From Phoronis australis (lineage: Eukaryota > Animalia > Phoronida): a DNA stretch of 40,496 nucleotides. Below the pieces are notes generated by a model. The model had not been told where the DNA came from. It ran no database searches and saw only the letters and a program-made list of their open reading frames with translations. The DNA is taken from positions 85,946 to 126,441 of the forward strand of contig NMRA01000591.1 of NCBI GenBank assembly GCA_002633005.1. Direction: 5' to 3'. The position numbers and the translations under genes are program-made. Positions 1-12,089 of the stretch are shown piece by piece; the stretch's first letter is position 1; every line of letters starts with the position of its first letter.

Positions 1-286
1 TTTTAATCGAAGCCTTAGTGAATCACTCAGAAACTCACAATTCTCTTTGTCAAACCTTAGGTTAACTTAAGAAGATTTCCAAAGCATTCGTGTCATTATT
101 GCCAACACAAAAAACGGATTTGGTCTTTTGGGCAATCGAAGACTATTTTAAATACAACAAACTTGTTACGAACTGATTGCACAAAATATAAAATGTGTAA
201 TAAGCATTACAAAAGAAGGGGGTTTCCCGCGCAAACGCTGTGAACCATAAACAAGTAGGTCTTTTAGTATCAAGTTAGCCGTTAAA

Positions 287-352
287 CCGTGGTGGTGCAG
301 TGGTAAAGCAGGAGCGGTTTATCCGCCAGGTCGTGATTTCGAGTCTGTGGTA
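287..352 (+). mobile_element. Degenerate tRNA-derived SINE head
   Basis: A-box-like TGGTGCAGTGG (293-303) and B-box-like ATTTCGAGTC (336-345) at tRNA-like spacing; no complete cloverleaf found. Confidence 0.4.
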
Positions 353-900
353 CTTGTAGTTTTTCCTGTTTGACACTTTCTCCGTGTTTTTTTTGCCTTT
401 TTTTCTTGGATAGTACTTCGGGAATAAACAGAAAAAAAAATCCTGGGCAGGAGGGGGGCAAACCCCCTCCCCCCATTTGGCGCTCACGTGATGCGCATCT
501 ACAATCGTGCTTTGAGCAAATGTTTACAGACAAAATGTTGGGCTCCCCCTTGTGATATCCTAGATCCGCCACTGCAGCAAGTTGTGAAAAGAGATAAATC
601 CTCGCCCTAATTCCTTCATTCAATTAATAAAATTGACATTTCAATGTTTCGATCTCATGCTAACTACCACCGATTCGATTTTTGTTATCCATTTCTTACT
701 TGGTGTCGTCACCCAGCACGTAACGTGTACAGGCTATTTGTGTATAACAATGAACTATGACCTATTTATAAAAGTAGGTCAACTAGGTCTCGAACAACAG
801 TAACAGTTAGCAGGGAACGGTACGATTTTTATTAAAATGATTATTACGCACTACAAAATCAGTTGACATTGCGAGTGAATGTTGAAATAACTAACATATT

Positions 901-1203
901 TAAGGCTTGTATAGGCTTTGTGTACCGAAAACATGTTTTCGTGACCGAATAATTAACCGATGTTTTTTGAGATTTTCAATCGCCCCACGTTATCGGCTTT
1001 TTCTGGGCTTCGGCAAATCGACTTTATTTGAACTTAGGAACACGAGTTCTCGAAAACGGCTCAGTGGATTTCGCTGAAACTTTCCAAACTTAATATTTAG
1101 TCATCAATCTCTAAAACACTATTAAGATATTCGATATAAAGGTATATTTTTGCGTAATGTAATAAAGACGAATACGACTTCGGTTTTTTACTAAAAAGCC
1201 TTA
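901..1203 (+). repeat. Interspersed non-autonomous DNA-transposon fragment (possibly Kolobok-like)
   Basis: About 300 bp aligns by eye in inverted orientation to 10634-10932 (e.g. cttcggcaaatcgacttt vs aaagtcgatttgctgaag; aaagacgaatacgacttc vs gaagtcgtattcgtcttt); begins at ttaagg. Confidence 0.6.
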
Positions 1204-4200
1204 CGTTTTGCGAGTTGATTTGTAATAGAAACCAAACGAAAAGACTAATAAAAAATTCCTAACAGCGTTTTTATGTTACTGATGAACTTTTCATTAACAA
1301 AGGTTTCATTAAAATTGACCGAGGGCTTATTTTGCTTTGAATTTACATTTCTTACAAACTTTGACTTAAAAAGGTTTTTACGCAAAAATAGTAATGGTAA
1401 GTTAATACAAAACGTATTTTTATATTCCCTGATCTTTTTCCTTTCACAAAATATATACTTTTACTAGTTGACGAAGCTTAGTTTTTTATATACGAGCCAA
1501 ACTATGTATTAACATGTTAGACAAGGCGAACAGTGAGGCTATGAAATATTCCGAACAATGATCAAAGCTATGAAATGTCTTAAACTCTATCAGAGGCATG
1601 TTTTAAAGATACAAAATGTCAGAACGACCGATCACATGCAATAATTTGCTTTCGCTTCTAATTTTTAACCTGGGTACCAAGATTTTAAAACATATTTCTT
1701 CGATCTGCATTTTGCCCTGACGAATTAAAGATTTATGTTTTCATTAAATCGGTATCACAATGTGCCCTTTCACACAGGATTTCATTTCCATTACCAACAA
1801 GAAAATCGAAACCATCAGCCACTCAAGTAACACTTCAAAATTTATTGTATTTGGTCATTCCTATTTCGAACATGGCGCGTGTAAGCCTGTGCATCCCGCT
1901 TGATTTCAGCTGGTAACAGAAATGGAATAAGAAGTAAGAAATTTTCGATTTTTATGGAGCTAAGCGGGAAATGCAGCCGTTTTTCAAACTGCTGTTTTTA
2001 CATTGCGTTATCAATGTCTGCTCATTGGACAAGAATTTCCCAAGTTCACTTTGTTGCTTTCATTAAACTTAACTTGTTCAAACAAAGTGCATTTAAAAAA
2101 TGGTTGAATTGTTTAAGCTGTCACAGTTCGACATAGGCACGCACTGTGCCGAATCATTTACAGGTGCGTCGCAAAAGTGCGTAGAATCATCCAGCATTGA
2201 GTCAAATTATAGACAATATTTTGAAAGTCAAAATTTTAACTGCAAACTTTGTCGAATTTCGACGATGGCAATTTTTTATGAAGTACTGTGTACGCATGTG
2301 TAGTACGAGAGTCTTACCCAATACACCTTGGACGGAATAATTTGACCCAGTTCTCTAAAAAATAATTTTAACCCTTGTGTTAATTCAAGTTAATATCCAG
2401 TGATGTTTTGAGCTTTAACATTGTATTTCATCCCTAAAAAGAAATTCAAATCGTAGTATTTTGTGACCTGCGAGTACCGAGCGAGTTAGTAAGGAAAGCT
2501 TGTGATTGTGGCACATTTTAATGCCGAACAGCACGCAAAAAGGTATCCGTTGTCAGATAAAATACCAAAAGCTGTTAACAGTCCTAAGAAAACTGTTGTT
2601 AGGGCAAATTTATCCAAAAAAACGTTCATATTATTGGCGTTTTTGTTTACTTTACAAACTTAAAAACTCTTGTTTGGATGGCGCTCTCTCTACAGGCGTT
2701 TTGCGTCCTTTGTGCAGCTGTTTCTCCGCAAATGTGCCTAAACGTTGGTAAGCAGACTTTTTCTCTACACAGTTCAGGGACTACGATGACGGTGTTCATG
2801 TGTGTCCATTGTTTTTAATGTTTAACGCTTTTTGAAAATTTGTGCTTGATGCCAGAAAATAATATCATGCTTTTATTTTAACGATAGAAACGACGAATAA
2901 AGAATTAAGATATTCTTGCAGTATATCAATATGTATTAAGAACAAACGATGTAATAAACCCCACAGGTGACATCAAGTTCCGTTATAGTAGTGGTACCGT
3001 AATGTTAGTAAAGTTGCTGACATTTGACTCATTTTTTTCTGTCCTCTTCCTCTTCACGGGGTTGTGTCCTCTTGAGGCATCAATAAATTGGTCAAACGCA
3101 AATGCGACCAGCACCCAACTGTTTCAATTTGTCCACACCACACGATTCACAGTGGACAAGCTGTAATTTAGAGAGCGAACCACTGGCGATGATGAGCATT
3201 TCAAAACCACAGGCATCTTGTTCACTCTGCAGGTATAATGCCACAATCTGATTGTTGTAATTTTGACAACATAGTTACCCTCAGTACATGTATGTAATGC
3301 ATAGTATTATTGACGTAAAGAGGAAAAATGGTTGTACCGTACTACAACCATTTTTCTATTTGCAATTGGAGCAAATAAAGGTAACTCAAAATAATTCCGA
3401 AGATACTGAGGTGTTTCATATCGGACGATATTTTGAGAAACATGATTGAAGAAAAAGACATAAACGGCGTTTTTTCAAAATTTAAAACCAAAGAATGCTG
3501 TGTTGCAAAATTAACTTTTGCAATAGTACGGCAAATACAGGACCATATGAATTTCAACTTTCGTCAAAGAAGAGAATAACCCAGTAATACGTAATCACAA
3601 AGTAACAAACCTCATCGTCCTATGAATCCCCAATAAATGAAACTCCCTTTTTATCCTTTGATGGATAAAACATTGGTTTTCGTTCCAACTTTAATTTTGA
3701 ATTGTACATTGTACCATACAGGAAGTTGTAAGGTTTCTTTTTTTCCTTTTCATTGTTTAAAATTGAACATACATGTAAATACACACAACGTACCGAGAGT
3801 GGCATTGATGACGTAATATCCCACGAGACATTCTTCCGCCTATCGACCGAGACCGAAGTTTCTTTCATTTCTGTCGGCAGATTTTTAAGTACTTCACTCA
3901 GACTAGTCACGTAGAGCATCACACCCTACATGAATGTACTTGCGCGTTAGGTAGCAAGTTTTCTCCAGTAAAAGAAACAGCTTTAAATGTAACGATTTAT
4001 TACTTGACAAAGAGATAACTAAGATCAAATAACGGTAGCAGTGCATAGAACTACATGTAGTAACGTCTCCTGAAAATAGTTAAAAAACAACAATATTTGA
4101 TATTGTAGTTCCGAGGAATCGGCTCCTGAGTTGCAAACTATGTAATATTTAGCAATTGATCGCGGATCCGACTGATCGGCCACTGGGAATACAGCCCTGT

Positions 4201-4554
4201 CCTGAGAGTGGCAAACACAGCTCTCTCATGCACGCATCCCGCAAAAAATGGGGTCGAGTTTTTGAGNGTTTGTTCGTATTGCGGTTTGTAATAGACTGAT
4301 ATCACAGGATCTTAATGGCCTAATTCAAATGTTAGCCAGCTAAACAAGTAAAATGAAGATGGAATTTTGAGCGCCATGTTCATTAAAACGCCGCTAGAAA
4401 TTACGTGTTTTGAACTATCTGAAATGGAACGGCAAATAAAATACAATTTGTATCATTATGCGCAGGGCAGCCAATTAAGGAATGTGTCCCATTTTGCTAT
4501 GGGGTGTTCAAAATCCAAAGAAGAACATTTTTACTCCTATAATATATTGTATTT

Positions 4555-4900
4555 CAATTACGACTACCTATTAAACAGAATGGACAAAATAAATTGCCTT
4601 GTCCAAAAAAGTCTGCACACGCAACAGTATCAACAATATAGGGTTCTCGAATGAAACACAATATTTTTAAGAGTATCAAAACTCATCCACTAGATTCTGA
4701 ATCCAAAGAATCAGTATTACCTTATTATTGGACAAAATTGTCAACTCAACCTGAGTTATTGCACACACTCGTGATTTGAAATACAAAATTCTCTTCAAGA
4801 AAACGCAAGAAGGAAGTCTTATTATTGTTAACAACTTCTGAAAAAAATAATCGAAACAATATGTCAAAGGCATAGACAATTCATAACAACTTCCTTAGAA
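4555..4900. repeat. Duplicated 3' flank of the AKR repeat unit
   Basis: Direct similarity to about 10943-11330 (actacctattaa, tcaaaactcatcca, tcttcaagaaaacgc, ggaagtctt, tgtcaaaggcat). Confidence 0.75.
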
Positions 4901-5329
4901 GTTTGTACTTGTACCTTCATTCAAGTACTTATATGTGACGATACCATAGGCGGGCAACCCGAATTAAAGAAAACACCTTGGTTCTGTGTCACATACATAC
5001 CTTTACTGAAAAAAAAAACAACAAAATTACAGCAATCAAGGAGATATCAAAATCCACCAAGCTGACACTGCATACCGGGTAACATTGCACACTAACTAAA
5101 CAGCAAAACCTATAAACAGTAGCTACTTTAGAAGTTAAGTCAATTACAGACTAAAGAGAATAAGCAACTCACTGACCAAGTTTTAGTTAACTATAAAACA
5201 CAGTAGAAGAGAAAACAAAATAACAAAATTTCAACTTACTTAATGTGAAGGCCTGTGGCGGCTTAAACCGAACATCCGTCTCAGAATATACGAATCAATA
5301 AATCTATTACTGGACTTACGGTACGTGGA

Positions 5330-5371
5330 GATGGCTGCGTTTCGTCCTCTTCTCGAGGTCTTCATCAGGCC
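5330..5371 (-). ncRNA. Minimal type I hammerhead ribozyme motif (degenerate cleavage triplet)
   Basis: Minus strand reads ggc-CTGATGA-a-gacctc-gagaa-gaggac-GAAAC-GCA-gccatc; core boxes are intact, but GUA is changed to GCA and stem II has one mismatch. Confidence 0.6.
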
Positions 5372-5467
5372 GCTGCGGTTTCACTTACCTAGGACATGGG
5401 ATAGGGTGCTGAAGAGAATCCCGCGGAAACTGTACGACAGATCACATGACAAGTCACGGGACAACTC

Positions 5468-5512
5468 GGTGGCCTGATGAAGTCCTCGAGAGGAGGACGC
5501 AACGTAGCCATC
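5468..5512 (+). ncRNA. Minimal type I hammerhead ribozyme motif (degenerate GAAA box)
   Basis: ggtggc-CTGATGA-a-gtcctc-gagag-gaggac-GCAAC-GTA-gccatc; perfect 6-bp stem II, 6-bp stem I with one G-U pair, GUA triplet, GAAAC changed to GCAAC. Confidence 0.6.
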
Positions 5513-6200
5513 TCCAAATACCGTAAGTCCAGTAATAGATTTATTGATTCTTATACTATGACCCAAGTGGATGACTGGAAACATTCATCGTATTATCTGT
5601 CTCAGAAGATTGTCAGAAAACTAATGCAGTTGGTGTGAATTCATCTCCATAACAAAGACAAAGACAAAGGTTCAATGAAATACAAGGGCCCACAAGACAC
5701 TGCAAGAAGAGGAGACACCACTAAAAACTACATTAAGCAAAACAAACACTGGCTTGGTGAACTAACATTATGGACAACCCATATATATTCAACTTTTATT
5801 GGCAATTATTTTCAGCAAATTTCCATGTAACTTACATCGCAAAATGTCCCAAAAAGCTCAAAAAGAACAGTTTTATGCCATTGGCACTCTGTCAGTTTGT
5901 AAAGCCGTGACTGGATAGCAGCTTTAAAATCGTTTAGTACCGGTATTAAAAGTCCCAACTACACTTTACTTGTGTAAAACATCATTTAGTAAAGGATTTC
6001 GAGCCGAGAACAAGCTGAGAACAATTTTGTTTATGGTAAGAATGGTTTTGATAAATAGTTATTTTTGTGGAAGGCTGGCTTACTGCCAATTTTATAATAT
6101 CAACGACATAAGTGCAGAAATAGTATTTGAAGTAAAATTTTGTACCAGCCTATTTTATGCTGTAGTTTGTTATTATCACAAAAAGAACCAATACCTGTGA

Positions 6201-7293
6201 TCAGGCTTTCCCGCCACGCCCCATACTAGTATTCATCACGTCAATCTTACTGTATGGATAAGGCTTTCCGGGATTGGATACGTCATTCAGAACCTTCATT
6301 TGCTCCTCTGACAACTCCCAACCATTTCCGGCACCCATGTTGTCCTCCAGCTGCGAAAGATTGCGAGCTCCGATTATTACAGAATCCACAGCGTCTCTCT
6401 GCAGAAGCCAACAAAGGGAAACTTGCGCCACCGACTTGCCGCATTCTTTGGCAATCGCGTCCAAGGCGTCGAGAATATCCTATGTCTTCTCAGTTCCTTG
6501 TTGCTCAAAGGATGCTAATACATTCAAAGCGCCTGGCTTTGATTGATGCTCAATTCTTGTATCTGGTGCTGGCTCAGTCATTCCACGATGGAACCTTCCA
6601 CTTAGCCAACCACCTCTAAGCGGACTCCATGGCAAGCAACCAATACCTTCATTACGGCACACATCCACCAGTTCGTGCTCCACTTCTCGACACAACAGAC
6701 TGTATTGGTTTTGCAAGCTGATGAAGGGGTTAAAAGCTGATGAAGGGGTTAAGTCCCATCTTCTTACAAGTATCTGCCAGTTTCTGAAGTTGCCATCCGC
6801 AGAAGTTACTTGCTCCCAGATAACGGACCTTTCCGATGCGAACAAGATCATCAAATGTACGGACAAGCTCTTCAAGAGGCGTGCCCCGATCCCACAGGTG
6901 ACACTGATAAAGCTCAATGTAATTAGTCTGAAGTCTGCGCAAACTTTCGTCGACGCTCCACATAATGTGTTTACGACTCAAACCTATGCAGTTGACATCA
7001 CTTTGATCCATCGGGGCAAACACCTTGGTTGCCAGAACTAAATCATCTCGCTTTCCCCTCTTTTTCAACCAGTTACCAATAAATTCTTCGGATTGGCCAT
7101 TGGCATAGAAGTTTACTGTATCTATGAAGTTTCCACCCAGGTTGATATACCGATCCAAGATACTGAAGGATTGAGGCTCATCGGATTGTCGTACAAGCCA
7201 CGTATTCTTGTCACCAAAGGTCATGGCTTCAAGACAAAGGTTGGATACTTTCAGGCCAGATCGGCCCAAAAAATTGTTCTGGACGGCTGCAAT
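6201..7293 (-). pseudogene. Aldo-keto reductase pseudogene (AKR copy 1)
   Basis: Collinear with the intact paralogs, length 1093 = 1074+19. Start ATG>ATT (7291-7293), 19-bp tandem duplication aagctgatgaaggggttaa (6715-6752) causing a frameshift, TGG>TAG at 6480-6482, GTM>EAM in the N-terminal cofactor motif. Confidence 0.92.
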
Positions 7294-7394
7294 TTCGAAC
7301 ACGTCGAACAAGTTACACCTGTCAGATGTGTTTAATAGAAAACAACTGTAAATCAGGTCTATTCGCACTGAGCACAGAAGAAGCGAATGATTTC

Positions 7395-7405
7395 TGCTGC
7401 GTCAT
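7395..7405 (-). promoter_or_regulatory. Antioxidant response element (ARE, Nrf2/CncC-Maf type) upstream of AKR copy 1
   Basis: ATGACGCAGCA followed by GAAAT matches RTGAYnnnGCA; about 100 bp upstream of the mutated start; identical in copy 2. Confidence 0.5.
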
Positions 7406-7448
7406 GCTAACACAAAAAACTAACACGCACTATCCGGCTGATAGTGAC

Positions 7449-7527
7449 CCTGGGAACCACTAAAGTTATCGCTCTAACGGATATACCTGAAGCCACCTAT
7501 TGCCTGACCCTGAACTTGGTTCCCAGG
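7449..7527. mobile_element. Short MITE-like element in the AKR promoter (predates the duplications)
   Basis: 11-bp TIR cctgggaacca / tggttcccagg; degenerate homologs at about 13310-13384 and 18035-18115. Confidence 0.5.
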
Positions 7528-9631
7528 CTTCGCACTTTGACGCTACTGATTGTTGGCGAAACAAAACAGGCTCGGGGCCGGGGTTTTTACTCTTTTATTT
7601 TCAGCTGTATAAGTAGTAGTAGTGCGTAAACTGAAAATAACAAAAAAAAAAGCTATTATCAGATTTACACGTTACATAATACGACATACATGTATGTAAC
7701 AACTCAATTCTCCGGACAATGCCCAAGAAAATGACGCCGTGCAAAAGGGCATATATTAAGCTAGTCCAATAGAATGCGATCAAAACGTTAAATACACCGG
7801 ACCGAACATGAGGAAAACTAATGTACTAACGAATGCAAATAAACTAGTTTATATAAAGAAACACGAGTACTTACGCCAATATCGCCCCAAGTCCAACCAA
7901 AACTCCGCTGAAAAACTTTATGCACAACGTTTGTGGAATGACATTCGAAAAAAGGCGGCACGAGAATAAATTGTCAGAGAAAGCGACATCTGGTGCAAGA
8001 ACTACACAGTAGTCTACTTACCAAGGCGGGAAACGTGTATTCGTACGCGTAAATCAGAATAACATAAAATGGCAGTCTGCATTAATACTGATATAATAGG
8101 TAAATCTGAGAACATGAAGCTCTGTCACGGTAGTGTCGTCCTCAGTGAGAGTGCCGCAGTCGCGGACAACCAAGGCCGCGGAGAGACTTTAGATTGGCAG
8201 GTTCCCACAGTGATCGCTGAACCCAAAAATTTTAGATTTTGCATTGAGTTAGTGCTTGGATTTCACCAAGGGCTTCAGTGTCCATCAAACATCAACTTTC
8301 CCACATTTAGTCGCCGGAATTTCCAAACGTCACCTGGCGATACTGCCCGCCTTTCAGTTCAGTCCCCGTGAACGGATTCGATTGTTTTAACAGTATCAAA
8401 ATACTTTGTAATCCTGATCAGTCGCTGAGAAATGCTAGTTGCATTTCCTGTACTTGCTGCCCGAAACCGACTGCAAGTGGGAAGAATGGGCTTTTATGTG
8501 CGTGCAGAAGTCTGGGTCCCCGGTTAGTTAGCAGTTTTATTACACCTGAAGTCAGTAACGCAGTATGATTCATCCATTGTTGGTTTCTCAAAACATTTGA
8601 GTTCACGGACATTCAAGGCATTACAAATCGTACCTAAGGAGATAGACTCTGATACAGTCCCATTTAGCCTGTATAAGCATTGGTTTGGGTGAGAATAATT
8701 TGGAAACAGAATCGCAATGCAGGCTACAAAAACATGGACTCAAGATGATTCACGGCCTCACACCTCAACGGCATAATTTTCATTCTTTACTACCGAGAGC
8801 CACTTCCGAAGCATGTCGAGTTCACGAACAAACCGAAAAAAAAAAACGAAAAAAAACCCGATACACTCGCTTTCCTCTCAGCTTTTTGTTCGCACAAGCG
8901 GGAACGATGAGCAACACTTCAGCGGCACATACAATGTAATCTGCAGCTGAAAAATCAGTGACGTCGCCACGTCGTGTAGTACTGAGCTTCGTTAAAGGTT
9001 AATGCGACCTCTCTGCGATTTGACATTGACCGTATACAAGTTGATGTGAATACCGCTTAAGACAATAAAAATAGATGACATTCTCCTTTCAACTTTTCTA
9101 GTTTGTAATAAATTTCTGGTTCATTTTTAAAAATGGTATCAGACGGCTGTAGGGAATTTAGTTTCGTGAAATACATGTGCTGGTTTTTATTGAAACAACC
9201 TTTCCTCATTGTACATGTAAATACCATGGGTACGCATGGATGAGTACCTCGTGGGGGTTAGTTTGGCGGGCTATATCCCCACTTATTTCAGTGCTTCGCC
9301 GCCCATGGAATCTTAATCATTTGAACTGGCCAGATTTGAAGGAGTTGGCTGTACACTTTTTGGGTTTCTAAACGATGTGCGTTAAAAATGTCCCCCGTTA
9401 ATAATGGCATTTTTCTTGTGAACTTGGCATGTGTTTACCAAACTCTTCCACCATGTTGAATTTTTTTCATTAACCAACTTCCCCACCCATGTTACTAAGT
9501 GAGTTTACGAAAGATGATATATGCACAATGATGTTAAGACCAAGTGAGCCACAGTTTTAGTGAAATTTTATTTTTTCTTCTTACTCCATGCAAATTCAAC
9601 AGAGCGTTTTTTCCATTTTTTAATAAACCAG

Positions 9632-9770
9632 GCGTGCGTTCAGTAGACGCTAGGACCTAGCTGAAACCTAGTCAAAGTCACTTGTTCTCATTTAAAATGC
9701 ACGGCAATATCTCACGTAATCTCGCGAAATCTTGCTTTTTAGCGAGGTCCTAGCGTTACTGAACGGGAGG
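9632..9770. mobile_element. PIF/Harbinger-like MITE
   Basis: TIR cgttcagta(g)acgctaggacct / aggtcctagcgttactgaacg, flanked by CAG duplication; second copy at 17832-17968. Confidence 0.7.
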
Positions 9771-10049
9771 CAGGTCATGGCGATCGAAGTCTTCAAAAGA
9801 TGTGTAAGCTCAGGCAGCAAGAGCGATCTCACCACGCAAATTTTACCCACAGCACTGATCTGAACGACTTTTCTGACCACAGACCTATTGCACGTTCACT
9901 TTTCACAGCTCTTAGATCAAAAATAAAACGTTGCGTATCTTTTGAATTGGCCGGCACACACTTTTACTCCTATACATGTAGTTGAGAATGATTCTTTAGA
10001 GTCAATTTACATTTCTTGAAGAGATTCCGGTATCATCCTAAAGTTCTGT

Positions 10050-10622
10050 CGTTTAGAACCAGTCAAAATATTTCGATTTTTCATTGTTAGTTTATAGTTT
10101 AGAGAATTCAGCAAATTGCACACGATAATCGAAATAATGTTTTTTAAAGAGACTTGACAGAGTAGCCGGATAAAGTTGTAGTGTAGTCAGGATACTGAAG
10201 TATCTTGATTTATCTATTACCTTAAATTCTCAACAACTTTTAAACTTCTGTACTATTATCTCAACGCGAAGTACAGACAATTACGGTGATATTTGTTCCT
10301 CACCTTTACATCCAGGTTCAGCTTCATGAAATCAGACGCCGCGCTGCTTTGTAAATTGCTTAATTGAGAATTTGAAACTAAAATCCATTTGCAGGTGTTT
10401 CCGAAACCAAATAATTTTAAGAGACGTGAAACATCAATTCCCAAGGCAGTAAATAAAAAAGGCTTCTTCAAAATCGACTATTGTTACAAAAACCCAAAGA
10501 ATTGCCGATTCACGGTAATGTACATGAAGAAAATCGTACAGTGTTCATGTGTTTTGACAGATAAACCACACAGATAGAAATATAGTATGATCAGGTTGAA
10601 TTATTTTTTTGAGAACTTTAAG
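10050..10622 (-). mobile_element. Decayed L1/Tx1-clade LINE reverse transcriptase fragment
   Basis: Frameshifted minus-strand motifs in the expected order: KVLKKIIQPD, VDFEEAF (IDFEKAFD), LKLFGFGNTCKWI, ILQYPDYTT (QYADDTT). Confidence 0.75.
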
Positions 10623-10633
10623 CATTTCATAAC

Positions 10634-10932
10634 TAAGGAATTTTTGTAAAAATGGAAGTCGTATTCGTCTTTGTTACATTAGTTTACGCAAAAACTATAG
10701 GCTTTATCATTGAAAATCCTAAAGTTCCTTCGAAATTGATTAATAGATATTAGGTTGGGAAAGTTTCGGCGAAATTCAACACGCTGTTTTCAAGAACTCG
10801 TATTCCTAAGTTCAAAGTCGATTTGCTGAAGCCGAAAAAATTCGATTAAACAGTGACAAGTGGAAATCTCAAAGTCTTAAAATCGGTTACGTAATCGGCG
10901 AAAACTTGTTTTCGGTCTATATAACCTATAAC
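10634..10932 (-). repeat. Second copy of the DNA-transposon fragment at 901-1203
   Basis: Inverted similarity to 901-1203. Confidence 0.6.
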
Positions 10933-12089
10933 ATATTATAATTCAAGTACAACTACCTATTAAGCAAAAAATGTGTACAGAATAAAGTGCCCAGTCCAAA
11001 GTAGCTTTTGCCTACACACTCAACTACATGTATATCGACAATATACGGTAACATATAAAATCTGAGGTACGTTCTCAAGTGAAACCTAATATTTAAAAAA
11101 AAATCAAAACTCATCCAGATATATTTTGAATCATAAGGATCAGTGTTAGGCTATTGCTGGGGAAAATTATCAACCCACCCTGAGTTATTAGACATATTCA
11201 TGGTCTGAAATGCAAAATTTTCTTCAAGAAAACGCTGCAAGGAAGTCTTATCATTGTAAACAACTCCAGATAAAAATAAGTGGAACATTGTCAAAGGCAT
11301 GGACAGGCTATGACAACTTGCGTGGAAGCTACATGTACCTAAACATTTGTTAAAGGACTTGCCATGTGAGCTTTTATTCGCAATTATATCAGCAAATTTT
11401 AATGTAACTTACGTGGCAAAACATCAGAAAAGCTAAAAAAACAACAAAAGTTTTCTGTAACCTGTCAATTTATTAGACTAAGTTTTATTTTTAAAATCAG
11501 TTAGTATTTAAAGTACTACATTCACTTAATTTGGGTATATTGAAATCATTAAGTGAAAGGTTACTAGCCGAAGATTCACAGCAGTTCTTGAAGACTACTT
11601 GAAGCAAAGCTGGTGTTCAGTTCCAAGGAATCTCAGATTTCCTAAAAAAAAGCTGTAATAAACATGCATTCCTTCAAAAATTCTTTAGCTTCTGACACAA
11701 ATGTTCGAGTTGCACCACAGACTTGCATTGAAAAAATGTCCTTGACTTCTTTACTCGGATGGAAAGTGGTTTCTGGTTTTGGAAAGTAACAGTTTGTTAT
11801 TTCTTGATGCCATGCTCGGAGTGATTAGTCAGCTTATTGTGTAAGTTCTCGAGTACTAATCAGCTGTCAGCTCTATCCAAACCTAGAAAACCCCTCTTAA
11901 AAGTAGAGAACAATTTTATTTAGTATAATGGTAAGCCTGGTCTTGATCAATAGTTATTTTTGTGGAAGACTGGTTTACTGCCAATTTCATAACATCAATT
12001 GCAGAAATAAAACTTGAAGCAAAATTTCGTGCCAGCCTTTTTGACGCTGTCATTAGTATATTATAACCAAACCGAATCATTCCCTATTA

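Larger units (their letters stand above)
5292..5550. mobile_element. Penelope-like element remnant: inverted pseudo-LTR pair
   Basis: 80-bp inverted arms at 5292-5371 and 5471-5550 around a 99-bp spacer; each arm carries a CTGATGA-stem-GAAAC-like motif typical of Penelope pLTRs. Confidence 0.65.
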
